IMG/VR virus record: IMGVR_UViG_3300029892_000001
Length of the DNA: 64,000 bases
DNA from: a virus
Direction: 5' to 3' (one strand)
The notes below the pieces were generated by a model. It saw only the letters and a list, made by a program, of their open reading frames with translations, searched no databases and was not told the DNA's origin. Of this stretch, positions 30,716-40,780 are shown piece after piece. Within the stretch, counting starts at the first letter, position 1; each line of letters opens with the position of its first letter. The position numbers and the translations under genes were made by a program.

Positions 30716-30755
30716 GAAAGAAAGGGCCGGAACACCGGCCCTTTCTTTCGTTTAA
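30716..30755 (+). terminator. hairpin + TTTAA element
   Basis: GAAAGAAAGGGCCGG-AACA-CCGGCCCTTTCTTTC-G-TTTAA. Confidence 0.75.
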
Positions 30756-30981
30756 CGTCCAAGCTCAGAGGGACATATGCCCACGTGGTACGAAGTAGAT
30801 GAGTATACCGAAAGCGATGAACTGGATACTCACGACAAGGAAATGTTTGATACTCTAGAAGAGGCACTAGAGTATAAGAACCAGCAGCCCAAAGAGCCGC
30901 CCTTGTTTGTGTACGAGTGTGTAGACGCGGATCGCTACTCGTACCGCCGTATCGTAGAGGAGACCTAGCCGTCCAGGCGCC

Positions 30982-30996
30982 CAAAGCCTTTTAACA
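30982..30996 (+). repeat. CAAAGCCTTTTAACA 15-mer copy
   Basis: Identical to 6892 and 47118. Confidence 0.7.
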
Positions 30997-31014
30997 CGCG
31001 AGCCTGGTCGCGGT

Positions 31015-31031
31015 GAACCCTGGCGATAATA
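31015..31031 (+). promoter_or_regulatory. 17-bp motif copy 9 (GAACCCTGGCGATAATA)
   Basis: Core CTGGCG can pair with CGCCGG(AGG) at 31055-31063. Confidence 0.75.
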
Positions 31032-31072
31032 ACCCCGGCTGGGAAATATCCCGCCGCCGGAGGAAAATAGTC

Positions 31073-31519
31073 ATGGCAATCAAAATCATCCGTCATCGTG
31101 AGCTGGTCGAGACGGTTAGCTACACCCTTTCCTTCAGAAGGAAGGATTGTCCAGGTGCAAGCTGGGGACCGGAGTGCGATAAGGACGGGAACATCGACGA
31201 GTCGAAGATGAATCCCGTCATTCGTGGCATCTGGGAGGACGTGAAGAAGCGTCGTGAGGCGATCGACGCTGGCCTGGATCCGGAGTACAGGCGTCCCTTC
31301 GTTCAGGAATTCAGGAATCACTATTGGGAGCCGGCAATTGGCCGGTGCGTCTGCGGTGCCGAAGTGGCGCTGGATGGATTCACGAACACCTGCGACGACT
31401 GCGGAAGAGACTACAACTCGGCCGGCCAGGAATTAGCCCCTCGTTCTCAATGGGGCGACGAGACTGGAGAGACGGCCGCAGATATCCTCGGTCCGCAGAC
31501 TGACGAGACGGAGTGGTGA
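31073..31519 (+). CDS. Zn-ribbon hypothetical protein
   Basis: CVCG...NTCDDCGRDYN..GQ.LAPRSQW motif. Confidence 0.7.
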   Translation: MAIKIIRHRELVETVSYTLSFRRKDCPGASWGPECDKDGNIDESKMNPVIRGIWEDVKKRREAIDAGLDPEYRRPFVQEFRNHYWEPAIGRCVCGAEVALDGFTNTCDDCGRDYNSAGQELAPRSQWGDETGETAADILGPQTDETEW

Positions 31520-31521
31520 GA

Positions 31522-32019
31522 ATGCGTACTCGAAATGAGAAGGACATCAGTTACGCTCTATCGATCGCCGAGTATGACGCCGGGATGGATCCTGAGCGTC
31601 ATGTGGTTCTCAAGGTTCAAGACCAAGCGACTCACTTGACAGACGCAGAGGTCGAGAGCCTCAATGTCTGGACGAGTCGATACCTTGGTCGTGCACGAGG
31701 ACCGAAGGTCACACATCGATGCTATCTTTGCATGGTCTCTCGGTGGAAGCGCGATGACGCTACCCCTCGATTCATGGGATACCGCACCTATTCTTCCGAG
31801 CCGTGGAACCTCACGAATACTAGTGAGCTATTCTCGGCCATTTTCATGACGGAGGCAGATTCCTTTCAGGAGGCTCTCGACGAAATGATCGCGGCGGTCC
31901 GAAGTCTCAGCCAGTCGATGCCGTTTTGGGCGTCGGTCTGGCCGTGGATCGATCCAAGCCAAGAGGGCCATGAGAAGCGACTTCAGCTTTTCCTTGAGCT
32001 TCAAAAGGAAAACGTCTGA
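31522..32019 (+). CDS. hypothetical protein
   Basis: 165 aa. Confidence 0.55.
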   Translation: MRTRNEKDISYALSIAEYDAGMDPERHVVLKVQDQATHLTDAEVESLNVWTSRYLGRARGPKVTHRCYLCMVSRWKRDDATPRFMGYRTYSSEPWNLTNTSELFSAIFMTEADSFQEALDEMIAAVRSLSQSMPFWASVWPWIDPSQEGHEKRLQLFLELQKENV

Positions 32020-32463
32020 TGGAACAGAGCACGAGGGCATACGTCCACGTCCATGACGACGGGAGCGCTACGCTCCACATGCCACTAGGAGGAAAGTGGC
32101 CTGCACACTCGTGCTAGAACGGGGATGCCTGTGATCGGCAACTACCAGCACATGGAGGAAATGTCCTGTGCAGCCCTGAGGGTGCTTCGACAAGTTCAGG
32201 GCAATTACGCAGACCTCCTCGAAAAGGCAGCCACCAGTGAGCTATAATCAATGAGAAACCCTCAACGAGCAAATCTGTTCCTAGACGCGGCCAACGCAAT
32301 AGAGAATGGATCATTTCACTCATTCATGTTGAGGGCCAAGCATGCCTCGCCAGATGACCTGGAAAGTCTTATTCAGGCGGTGAAGGCCCAACGAAATCCC
32401 AGCTCAACCATTTCATCTCTTCGAGAGCTGGCGAGGTGTTATTCATAATCAAGTGGAGTCACT

Positions 32464-33186
32464 GTGAAACTGTACCATGGAACGAGCGAACCTATTGCTC
32501 GTCTCATTCTCGAACAGGGACTAAGACCCAGGAGCCTGACCGGTGTCCCTGGGAACTGGACACACACGGTCGATTCAAGTCCGGATTGCGTCTATTTCTC
32601 GGTCGCATACGCTCCATATTTCGCTGCAATAGCATCGAATGAAGATGAAAGGTGGGCGATCGTAGAAGTCGAAACCGATCGGCTCGAACCCAGCCTGATG
32701 CGTCCTGACGAGGATTTCCTGGAACAGGCCACTAGAGGTGAGGGCCTCAAGCTTCTACCGTCTGACATTCAGCGCTGCCTTCGAAAGCTCAAGACCGTGA
32801 AGGACCGAACGCTTTGGTTTCGTGAGAACCTATGCTTGTTCGCCCCTTCATGGTCTCAGTCCATTGAAGGTCTCGGCAACGCAGCCTACGAGGGAGTCGT
32901 TCCTCCCAGTGCAATCACGAGGGTTGCTTTCTTCGACCAAGACTCCAATCCCATGATTGCCATGGATGCGTGCGACCCCGTCGTTGGGATGCTCGCATTC
33001 AAAGTCATGGGGCAGAAACACTGCGCCGTAACGAAATGGTTCTTTGACCCACAGGAATTCTTTCCTGGTGATCTGCAACCAGACCAAGTGCCTGATGACG
33101 AGCGGTTCAGCATTCTCAGAAAGACTGCTGAACGACGGCAGGAGGCGCTACAAAAGCGCGACGGTCTTGAGATACTAGTACGTTAG
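32464..33186 (+). CDS. ADP-ribosyltransferase / Tpt1-like fold protein
   Basis: N-terminal LYHGTS...ILEQGLRP, then VYFS...A..FA...IVEV pattern. Confidence 0.55.
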   Translation: MKLYHGTSEPIARLILEQGLRPRSLTGVPGNWTHTVDSSPDCVYFSVAYAPYFAAIASNEDERWAIVEVETDRLEPSLMRPDEDFLEQATRGEGLKLLPSDIQRCLRKLKTVKDRTLWFRENLCLFAPSWSQSIEGLGNAAYEGVVPPSAITRVAFFDQDSNPMIAMDACDPVVGMLAFKVMGQKHCAVTKWFFDPQEFFPGDLQPDQVPDDERFSILRKTAERRQEALQKRDGLEILVR

Positions 33187-33195
33187 TGAACTTCA

Positions 33196-33308
33196 AGCGC
33201 TGCCCTGTGCGCAATGTGTACAGGGAGGAGCCCCCGACAAAGTTAGCAGTCAACAGGTATTGGCCCGCTAATGCGGTTTGGGCGTGGGTTCGACTCCCAC
33301 CGGCGCTA
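33196..33308 (+). ncRNA. oversized tRNA-like RNA 1
   Basis: Acceptor AGCGCTG/CGGCGCT+A; T-arm GTGGG-TTCGACT-CCCAC; non-canonical long internal arms. Confidence 0.65.
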
Positions 33309-33319
33309 TTCATATGGAT

Positions 33320-33336
33320 GAACCCTGCGGATAATA
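33320..33336 (+). promoter_or_regulatory. 17-bp motif copy 10 (GAACCCTGCGGATAATA)
   Basis: Consensus match upstream of ORF 33369. Confidence 0.75.
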
Positions 33337-33368
33337 ATGGGGAACACCCCGACGGGAGGAGAGTAATC

Positions 33369-33872
33369 ATGATCAAGATCGATGTGATTCGAATGGCAAG
33401 GATCTTGGGCGTCAAGACGCCGGAGGAATTCGACGAGGAGCTTCGCACGATCCCTCGTGACACCTACGGCATCGTTCTCCGGGAGGCCATCGACGAAGGA
33501 TGCTCGGATGAGGAGGCCGAAGAGAAGGCAATGGCGGCAGAGGATGCCGAGCTGGCCGAACTCGTTCGGAAGTACGAGAGCGATCTGGTCAGCATCTTCG
33601 AGAACGAAGCGGCGAATCTCAAGCTCGAAATCTCCGCGCTGAAGACCAAGCCCGGCGTCTATGCCATCACCCCCAAGGATAGCTGGGCAAAAAGCGCTCA
33701 GGCCGTCCGTTCCATCGTCCATGGAATCGCCGGATGGTGGTTTCCGTCCTTCAGAGAATTCCTAGACTCGGGCCCGTACACGCCTCGCCAGGCGGTCGAT
33801 GCTCACCTGGGATACTTGGGAGAGCAGTGGAAGCTCTACGGGTACGCCTCCCCGCAGCGCCGACTCCTCTAG
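33369..33872 (+). CDS. hypothetical protein
   Basis: GGGAGG RBS + TAATCATG context. Confidence 0.7.
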   Translation: MIKIDVIRMARILGVKTPEEFDEELRTIPRDTYGIVLREAIDEGCSDEEAEEKAMAAEDAELAELVRKYESDLVSIFENEAANLKLEISALKTKPGVYAITPKDSWAKSAQAVRSIVHGIAGWWFPSFREFLDSGPYTPRQAVDAHLGYLGEQWKLYGYASPQRRLL

Positions 33873-34127
33873 GAAGGGAAAGTCCATGGGATACAGACCT
33901 TCCAACCGACGAGGTACGGCTCTATTCACGCTCGAATACAGAGTGTGGTGCATAGTTACTGTCCGGAACAAAGACAGGAGTGAGACGAGCCACAAGTGGA
34001 CAGGACGCAGCCGCAAGGCAATCATGAAGAAAGCACGTATGGCGTACGGTGATCGTGGTGGCAAGGTGCTTCGCGTCAGTCCAGGAATCTCATATCTACC
34101 CTGAAATCGACGGGCCAAGGGGAAGTA

Positions 34128-34448
34128 ATGGCCTCAAACAAACTTCTGTATCGGGTGTGGAAGACCCTAGATGAGGGGCTTTCCATTCTCGAAGAGGCCG
34201 CAGCAATCGTTGGTGCTAGCACCCGCCGGCTAGAGCGTGGAATCTACGTCGGCGGGTGCTTGATCCAGCCCACCGGAATCCCTTCTAGATCGGCGATGTA
34301 CAGCCGATTCAAGATGCAGGGCTTTCGTGTGTATCAGGTCTCCAAAGACGAAAAAGGAAAACCGTGCCTGGGCAAGGTGTTGTACGAAGGCATGGACCCT
34401 GTGATGGCAATTCGTTTTGCCGTAGCACAGAAGGAAGGAGAATCGTAA
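34128..34448 (+). CDS. hypothetical protein
   Basis: RBS; coupled. Confidence 0.55.
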   Translation: MASNKLLYRVWKTLDEGLSILEEAAAIVGASTRRLERGIYVGGCLIQPTGIPSRSAMYSRFKMQGFRVYQVSKDEKGKPCLGKVLYEGMDPVMAIRFAVAQKEGES

Positions 34449-34997
34449 TGCAATTCATCCTATGGAATCCTGCGGAACCCGGGCCCCATTACGATGGGGA
34501 GCACATCGTGAGTAGTGGGGTCATCGGCCGAGTAGGGCCTGATAACGTCTATCTCACAGCGTACGGAGTCTACCCGGACGAGAGGCGCCCTGCCGACCTG
34601 AAGGTGGGGGAGGTCATTCGCGGCGTCGAGTATCGTCTGAGCGGCCAGCGGGGCATCTACGATATCTATCGTGTTGCCTGATGGAAACGCGTGCCACCAT
34701 GATGACGCGCCATCAGTACCTAGCAATCGGCGGCCAAGAAGCTCACCGCCAATATTACAGCCAGTTCGTCTCGACGGGGGTCAAAACTGACGTCCTTCAG
34801 AGGATCGGGCTGAATCGACTGCTCAAGTCTAGCGACCCCCACTTCAACGATATCCCTCTAATGGAGTGGGACCGCATCTCTACTTGCACCACAAGTATCG
34901 ATCGTGCTCTTCGCGAGGCTGGTGACTATCCAACGCTCGGTGGACTTGTGTGCATCTACAAAGAGGCTGCTAGACAAATAGTTGAGGGAGAGATTTC

Positions 34998-35453
34998 ATG
35001 CGACCTGTAAGGGTGGTTGACGGCCAGTGGGTGTGCGTCGATTGCCTCTTCTTCATCGCAAACGGGGATCTGCCAGACGATACAGAAGCCGCAGCCAGAG
35101 TGGTGACTGGAGTCGAACAGCAAGCCCCGTACGTATGGGTCTGTGATGGCCCACACGAAAACGAAGAGGAGGGAGTCGACACCAAGGATTTCTCCTGGAC
35201 TCCATGCTATTGCTGTGGCTCAGACCTAGGTGGTTCGAGACACCGTACCGCCCTCATTTGGCATCCGAATGAGGGCGACTTGGATTTCGAGTATGCTCCC
35301 GATATCGAGGGCTACGATCCAAACGGATATCGAATTGTGCGCTTCGAAGGCGGCAAGTGGGTAGAATTCTCACGGGGGCACACATTCGCTAGGGCACGAC
35401 AAATCGTCGACGAAAGCCGAGCCAAGAAGTCCGATGACAATCCTAAGCACTGA
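34998..35453 (+). CDS. Cys-rich hypothetical protein
   Basis: CVDC...FSWTPCYCCGS.LGG.RH motif. Confidence 0.65.
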   Translation: MRPVRVVDGQWVCVDCLFFIANGDLPDDTEAAARVVTGVEQQAPYVWVCDGPHENEEEGVDTKDFSWTPCYCCGSDLGGSRHRTALIWHPNEGDLDFEYAPDIEGYDPNGYRIVRFEGGKWVEFSRGHTFARARQIVDESRAKKSDDNPKH

Positions 35454-36128
35454 GCATGAGTGCACAGAGTGCGGCCACACGCATGCGGAAAAGAAAATCT
35501 GCACGTGTGGCCGCTGCATGTACGGCAGCTGTAAGCAGATCGATGACGTCTTCACGGCGGAAGACTGTGAGGATCGCCCCGAACTCATCGGAGAACTGGT
35601 GGTAACGATGTACCCCATCTTCGAATGCAGCTGCGGGGAGAGGCATTTCTGGGATTGAGGAGGGTCAATGTCCGAGGAAACCTGGTCGGTCGTAAGTCTT
35701 GGGCGAAACGATGGCTACGCCGCCGAAGTCTGGACCTTTGATACGAAGTCTGCTGCCGTGGAATTCGCTAAGGAAACTGGCGATGTTCACGTCGTCAAAG
35801 GGACACAGATGTGGAATGAGCCCCTCGGGCAAATCGAAGAGTCGGATCGGTGCTCGACCTTCGTGAGGTACTACCGGGGAGACAGGTAGTCGTGTACAAC
35901 TATAAGTGTTGGATGCACGGACTTAAGGAGGATGGCCCTACCGCCCAGTTAATATTCGCTGCTAGCCCATCTAAGGCAGCGAGCTTCTGGGCTGATCGTG
36001 TCGGAATCGATAGAGCCGGTCAACAGGTACGTGTATGTGTTCGACACGAGAGGCATGAGAAAATACGTACATACCTGGTTGAAGTGAAGCGAACCATACG
36101 GCCCTGTTCCTAAACCTCAGTAAGGAGC

Positions 36129-36145
36129 GAACCCTGGCGATAATA
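36129..36145 (+). promoter_or_regulatory. 17-bp motif copy 11 (GAACCCTGGCGATAATA)
   Basis: Consensus match at start of a structured leader. Confidence 0.75.
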
Positions 36146-36154
36146 AAGTGGCGA

Positions 36155-36260
36155 GGGCAGCGAGTAGCCCGGTTCACAACAATAGTGTTCCCCGTGTGAG
36201 GCTAAGGACACTCACCGGCATGAAGCTTTAGAACCACCTCGCTGCCCGTTCTTTCCCCCT
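36155..36260 (+). ncRNA. structured ~100-nt leader or sRNA
   Basis: 10-bp closing stem GGGCAGCGAG/CTCGCTGCCC enclosing nested CCGGT/ACCGG and AGTGTTC/GGACACT helices; pyrimidine tail. Confidence 0.5.
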
Positions 36261-36278
36261 TCAACCAACAGAAGGAGA

Positions 36279-36680
36279 ATGATCATGAACGTCCTCTTCC
36301 GCTCGCGTCAGGACAAGGTCGCCAGTCTCAAGGATCGCCTCGCCAAGCTCGACGCGCAGATCGCCGCGCAGCAAGAGCGCATCAAGAGTCGCGAGTCGAT
36401 GATCCGGTCGCTCCAGGTCGAGCAGGCGCAGCGTTCGGACAAGAAGGGGCATCGCTCCTTCGGATTCCCGGCGCCAAAGTCGCCGGCCGGGCGGAATGGG
36501 CTCCACAAGGTGGCCTGCCAGATCGTCGATCATCGGAACGCGATCATCGATATCAAGGGGTCGATCCGGAAGCTCGACCGGCAGCGCCGTGTCCTCCTCG
36601 CCGAGATTCAGCACGAGGAGAACATTCTCTCCGCCGGAGCCCCGCTGCTTCGGGACAATCGTCCCGTTCCGCGACTCTGA
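36279..36680 (+). CDS. basic coiled-coil protein (helical hairpin)
   Basis: AAGGAG RBS, strongly G/C-ending codons, two heptad helices. Confidence 0.75.
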   Translation: MIMNVLFRSRQDKVASLKDRLAKLDAQIAAQQERIKSRESMIRSLQVEQAQRSDKKGHRSFGFPAPKSPAGRNGLHKVACQIVDHRNAIIDIKGSIRKLDRQRRVLLAEIQHEENILSAGAPLLRDNRPVPRL

Positions 36681-37178
36681 CCCCTACGGTTTTGCAAGGT
36701 TAGTAAACCTTGCACGCTCTGAAGAGAGGCGTTGAAGACGATTCGTCGTCGGAGCTACAAACCTCTTGAGAGCAAAGTCGAGCCAGCAGACAATAAAGAG
36801 ACTGGCCTCGAAAGGTAAATCCGCCACGGGAAACCGAGTAGGAGTATTGAACAAGTGGGGTTTCCGGTCATCCACAAACCGGGCTTTGTATTCCGTGGTG
36901 GTTGAGAGCCGAGGCTCTCTCCTCCCGTCGACTGAGAAGCTGACTCGATCGAATAGTTGAGAGGTCTTCTACCTCTCCTGGCCTCTGGATGTATCAAGCT
37001 AGGAGTCGAGTTTCTCAGCCGACGGGAGGACGATATGTAAACCGCAGCGCGGAGCGCGCCTTCCAGACACAAACACCTACCACAAAAGACATCGAATGTT
37101 GGCCTGAAAACGATAGATCTAAGTGGAGGATGCCATGCGTAGCTGACCTGACGTAACGCTAAACGCGAACCAAAGATA
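36681..37178 (+). ncRNA. candidate large structured ncRNA (~500 nt)
   Basis: No credible ORF; at least 8 nested helices including a ~26-bp stem 36920-36946/37003-37030. Confidence 0.65.
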
Positions 37179-37218
37179 AGGAAAAGGGCGGGAGAAATCC
37201 CGCCCTTTTCCTGTTTAA
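37179..37218 (+). terminator. hairpin + TTTAA element
   Basis: AGGAAAAGGGCGGGA-GAAA-TCCCGCCCTTTTCCT-G-TTTAA. Confidence 0.75.
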
Positions 37219-37235
37219 CAGGAAGGAAATCAATC

Positions 37236-38036
37236 ATGGACCTGACTCCGGATCACCGTCTAAAGGATCTCATTCGCATCGAGCGAAGGGGCATCGAAAG
37301 AATCGCGACCTTCCCAGAAATCCTTCGGGACTCGAACGGGAAGTACATCGGTATTGTTTCGCTCGATGGCGTGCGGATCGACAATCCGATGGTCGCTTTC
37401 TTGATCGACCTGATCAAGTGGGGCTACGAAAATCTGGAGAGCCACAGCAAGCTCAAGAGGCCTCTTCCGGAAGGGGAGACGCTCAATCTTCCGGAGCCTG
37501 CGTACGTCGAGGGCCTGCGCTTCAAGACCTCAAGACCTCTTCGCGAGTTCTTCCAATTCGTCACGGAGACCCCTGGAGGAACAAAGAAGAGCCGAACGTG
37601 GTTCCACTCGCCTGGACTTTCCACAGGACGCCGCGGATACAAAGACGTCTACTCTGGGGGCACCGCCTTCGAGGCGGCCTGTCTGGCTGCGGTGCAGACG
37701 GGCTACATGATCAGGATGTACGACAATGGGATCCCCAACTTCCATGTCGACGATACGCAAGAGCGCCTTGCGTACCTCGGTACTCGCATGGCTGCCCATG
37801 ATTTCCCGTCCATCGTAAGGGACTCCAGATGGGGGATGATGGACAACTCGATGCCGAGTCGTGGGGTCTGTCACTACGAACGTCGAGTCGTGTTCAACCG
37901 AGAGTTGACACAGGAGCAGCTCGACGTGTACCGTGAGTACCTGAGTCTCGACAACTGTCCCGGCTGGACGGAAATCTACGTGCGCCGTGAAGGCACGGAA
38001 TACATTTTCCGGACCACGATGGATTCGAGCGACTGA
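37236..38036 (+). CDS. hypothetical protein
   Basis: 266 aa; C-terminal DNCPGWT...TTMDSSD. Confidence 0.75.
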   Translation: MDLTPDHRLKDLIRIERRGIERIATFPEILRDSNGKYIGIVSLDGVRIDNPMVAFLIDLIKWGYENLESHSKLKRPLPEGETLNLPEPAYVEGLRFKTSRPLREFFQFVTETPGGTKKSRTWFHSPGLSTGRRGYKDVYSGGTAFEAACLAAVQTGYMIRMYDNGIPNFHVDDTQERLAYLGTRMAAHDFPSIVRDSRWGMMDNSMPSRGVCHYERRVVFNRELTQEQLDVYREYLSLDNCPGWTEIYVRREGTEYIFRTTMDSSD

Positions 38037-38723
38037 GGATGACAGACGTGGAACGGGCAGCGGTCGAAGAAACAGACCGCATTTTTGCGCAGACGCGCTT
38101 TGCGTCGGTTCATCGAACTGTGCGGCTGAATGGGCACGCCATCGTTTCCCAAGGCTGTGGGCACGTACGTTGTGTGGGGTGCGACGGGCGCACGCAGTAC
38201 GGAAGCAACGACGGTACTCTCACTATCAACTACTGCCCTAGTAATGTGCGCGTTAGGCTTGTGCGATAACGCTCACTAAATGGAGGGACAAAATGTCATA
38301 CGAGCAGAAGGTCTTCAAGATCGAAATCGATCTTGGCAACGAGGAAATGCAATCCGGTGAGGATATCGCAGCAGCCCTAGAAAAGGTTGCATCCCAGGTG
38401 AGAGCGCACAAGAGGCCCGAGCCTTTCCACAGTCTCAGGATTCACGATCGGAACGGAAATACCGTCGGCGGCTGGAACATCGAATACCAGCTTCGTGAGG
38501 AGTAATCGTGGTCAGTATCGTTGAGACCATTACTGTCCACAGTTACCAGACCGGGGAGACGATTCGCGAGGCAAGCGCCAAAGAAATCCCTGTGCTTCGT
38601 GACGCGTACGAGCAAGAGGGGTACGATCCTGGCACTGGCGCGTTCTCCGATCCGTTTACCGGAACGTCCATATATCTGGACGGAATCGAGCACGACGGGA
38701 CTAGGTACGTTTGGTAACTGAAT

Positions 38724-38754
38724 GGCCGCCTTCGGGCGGCCTTTCCGGCTTTAA
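38724..38754 (+). terminator. hairpin + TTTAA element
   Basis: GGCCGCC-TTCG-GGCGGCC...TTTAA. Confidence 0.7.
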
Positions 38755-39015
38755 GGAGGGACTCGATGGATGAAACACTCAGGCCGCTCGTTGCCATTGC
38801 GCATTATGCGTCGAGCGCAGCACTCGACGCAGATGGTATGGCAAACTCCCAGGCCGCAAAAGAGAGGTTCAAGGAAAACATCCGCGGAATGTTCACTGCC
38901 ATGGATCTCTTGTTGGCAGAGATGGACAGCGATGATATGTGCCAGGAGTTCTTCGTGACCCTTCGAGAGAAGGGTTTTGTGTACGACCCTCCAGAACGAA
39001 GCTAACACGAGCGGC

Positions 39016-39032
39016 GAACCCTGCTGATAGTA
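39016..39032 (+). promoter_or_regulatory. 17-bp motif copy 12 (GAACCCTGCTGATAGTA)
   Basis: Consensus; AGGAGG RBS follows. Confidence 0.75.
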
Positions 39033-39278
39033 GTGGCGAAAGGAGGCGAATAATGACCATTCAAGCCGCAATCGGAGAGAAGCTCAAGGAGACCCTCGAT
39101 TTCTACCGGGGTGAAGCCGCGCACTACACCGAGTTGGCCAACAAGCTCAACGAGGCGTGGGGAACGTGGGACATCGACGCTCTCCGTGACCACGGGTTCA
39201 TCACCGAGCGCGAAGCCCAGCAGCTTCGTGAAGAACAGCAGAAGTAATAATCGTTGCCAGTAACGAGGGGAAATCATC

Positions 39279-39758
39279 ATGGGACGAGGCAACTGGATGC
39301 CGGACAATCCGGCTCGGCACAGCAACCCGGACACTTTCCGGAATCAGCTCTACGTGGAGGTCATGGAATACGACGGGGAAGACCCGCCGGATGATTTCCT
39401 CGTGACCGAAGCGTACGACATTCTCAAGACGGTTCTCGAAGAATGTCTTCCGGAAAGCTTCCTCAAGGCAGACCGGCGACAGAACAGCAATTGGTTTGGT
39501 GGCGGCTTTGCCGTTGACACCGAGGCGCTTTTCTGGAATCGTCAGGTGCTAGTCACGTGGTCCACTCGGGACGACGTGTACTATCAGGGTGTCGGGGTCG
39601 TGGTGAATCCCGATGCGTACGAGGGAGGATACGGCGGGCTCGCCGAACGAGCTGCGGCCGACACCTTCGAGCGTATCAAGAAGGCTCTGCTTCGCGCCTA
39701 TCCAAACCGAGTCTCGGTCCGAACGAGTGCATGGACCAGCGCCAAGTTGGTAGCGTAA
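39279..39758 (+). CDS. hypothetical protein
   Basis: 159 aa; RTSAWTS C-terminus. Confidence 0.7.
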   Translation: MGRGNWMPDNPARHSNPDTFRNQLYVEVMEYDGEDPPDDFLVTEAYDILKTVLEECLPESFLKADRRQNSNWFGGGFAVDTEALFWNRQVLVTWSTRDDVYYQGVGVVVNPDAYEGGYGGLAERAAADTFERIKKALLRAYPNRVSVRTSAWTSAKLVA

Positions 39759-40162
39759 AGGAACCACAACGTGCATATCTGCGCCGACGAGATCATCCAA
39801 TTCCTGATGGGTATCTCCATGCTCGGTGGGGCTCTCACGATCCTCCGAGCGAAGGTCTCGAAGTGGAGAGCTTCCAGGACGAATAAGCGATGAAGAAGTA
39901 CACTGATTACTTCTATCACGTCAGTCCGCACCCAGGAGCAGCCGGCGTCTTCACCATCACGGAGACCGGGTACAGAGGAGACGATGACTACGACAACATC
40001 GATTCCTATGAAATGGAAGGTGAACAGCGTGCTGTGGAATACGCTGTGAATCTTGCACGTGGTACTGCCAACGCAGAACGTGTTGCTGTCTTCGACAAGG
40101 AAGGCAACATCGCCTGGTCGTCTCCCTCTCCAGAGTTCAGCGCCTGAAAGGCAATCACAATC

Positions 40163-40510
40163 ATGGCCAATGTCGAAACCGAGAACCACAAGCTCCAAGG
40201 CCGCATCAAGAAGGCCGAATGCATCCCTAGCCCCTCCCACTCGCTGGTGGAGTATTGTCCTGGGAACATGACGAAGTACATCGTTTTGTTCCAGACTGTG
40301 GGCGCAGAACTGGCCATTCCAATGGGATGCATCAGCTCCGCTACCATCGTCGTGTTCGTCAACATGCGTCACTCGCCTTCCATCCTGATCCCGGATACCA
40401 TGGGGTACCTCAGCCTGAGCTACTTCATGGAGAAGACGGGCCTCAAAGAGGGTGACGCCGCTCCGCTCGTGAAGCTCTTGAGGCACGAACTCAACCTTCA
40501 AGGAAACTAA
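40163..40510 (+). CDS. hypothetical protein
   Basis: 115 aa, biased codons. Confidence 0.6.
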   Translation: MANVETENHKLQGRIKKAECIPSPSHSLVEYCPGNMTKYIVLFQTVGAELAIPMGCISSATIVVFVNMRHSPSILIPDTMGYLSLSYFMEKTGLKEGDAAPLVKLLRHELNLQGN

Positions 40511-40780
40511 AATCATGAACTGGTTTCAGCCCAGGGAATACAAGACCGTCAAGGCTCTCAGGGCCGGTGAGGTCGTGGAGATCGAGGGGGTCAGATTCCG
40601 TGCCATCGAAGGGGAGATCCAGCCCGGAGATTGGTACGTCGCAGAGCGAAATACCGGGCCCCACTTGCTGACCTGCCGAGAAAACGACAAAGAGAATCGC
40701 TGGATCGTTCCGGTCGAGGAGAAGTACTCTTTCGACACTGGCGAGTGCGTCCGTGTCGAAATGGTCGAGGAGGAATAGAC

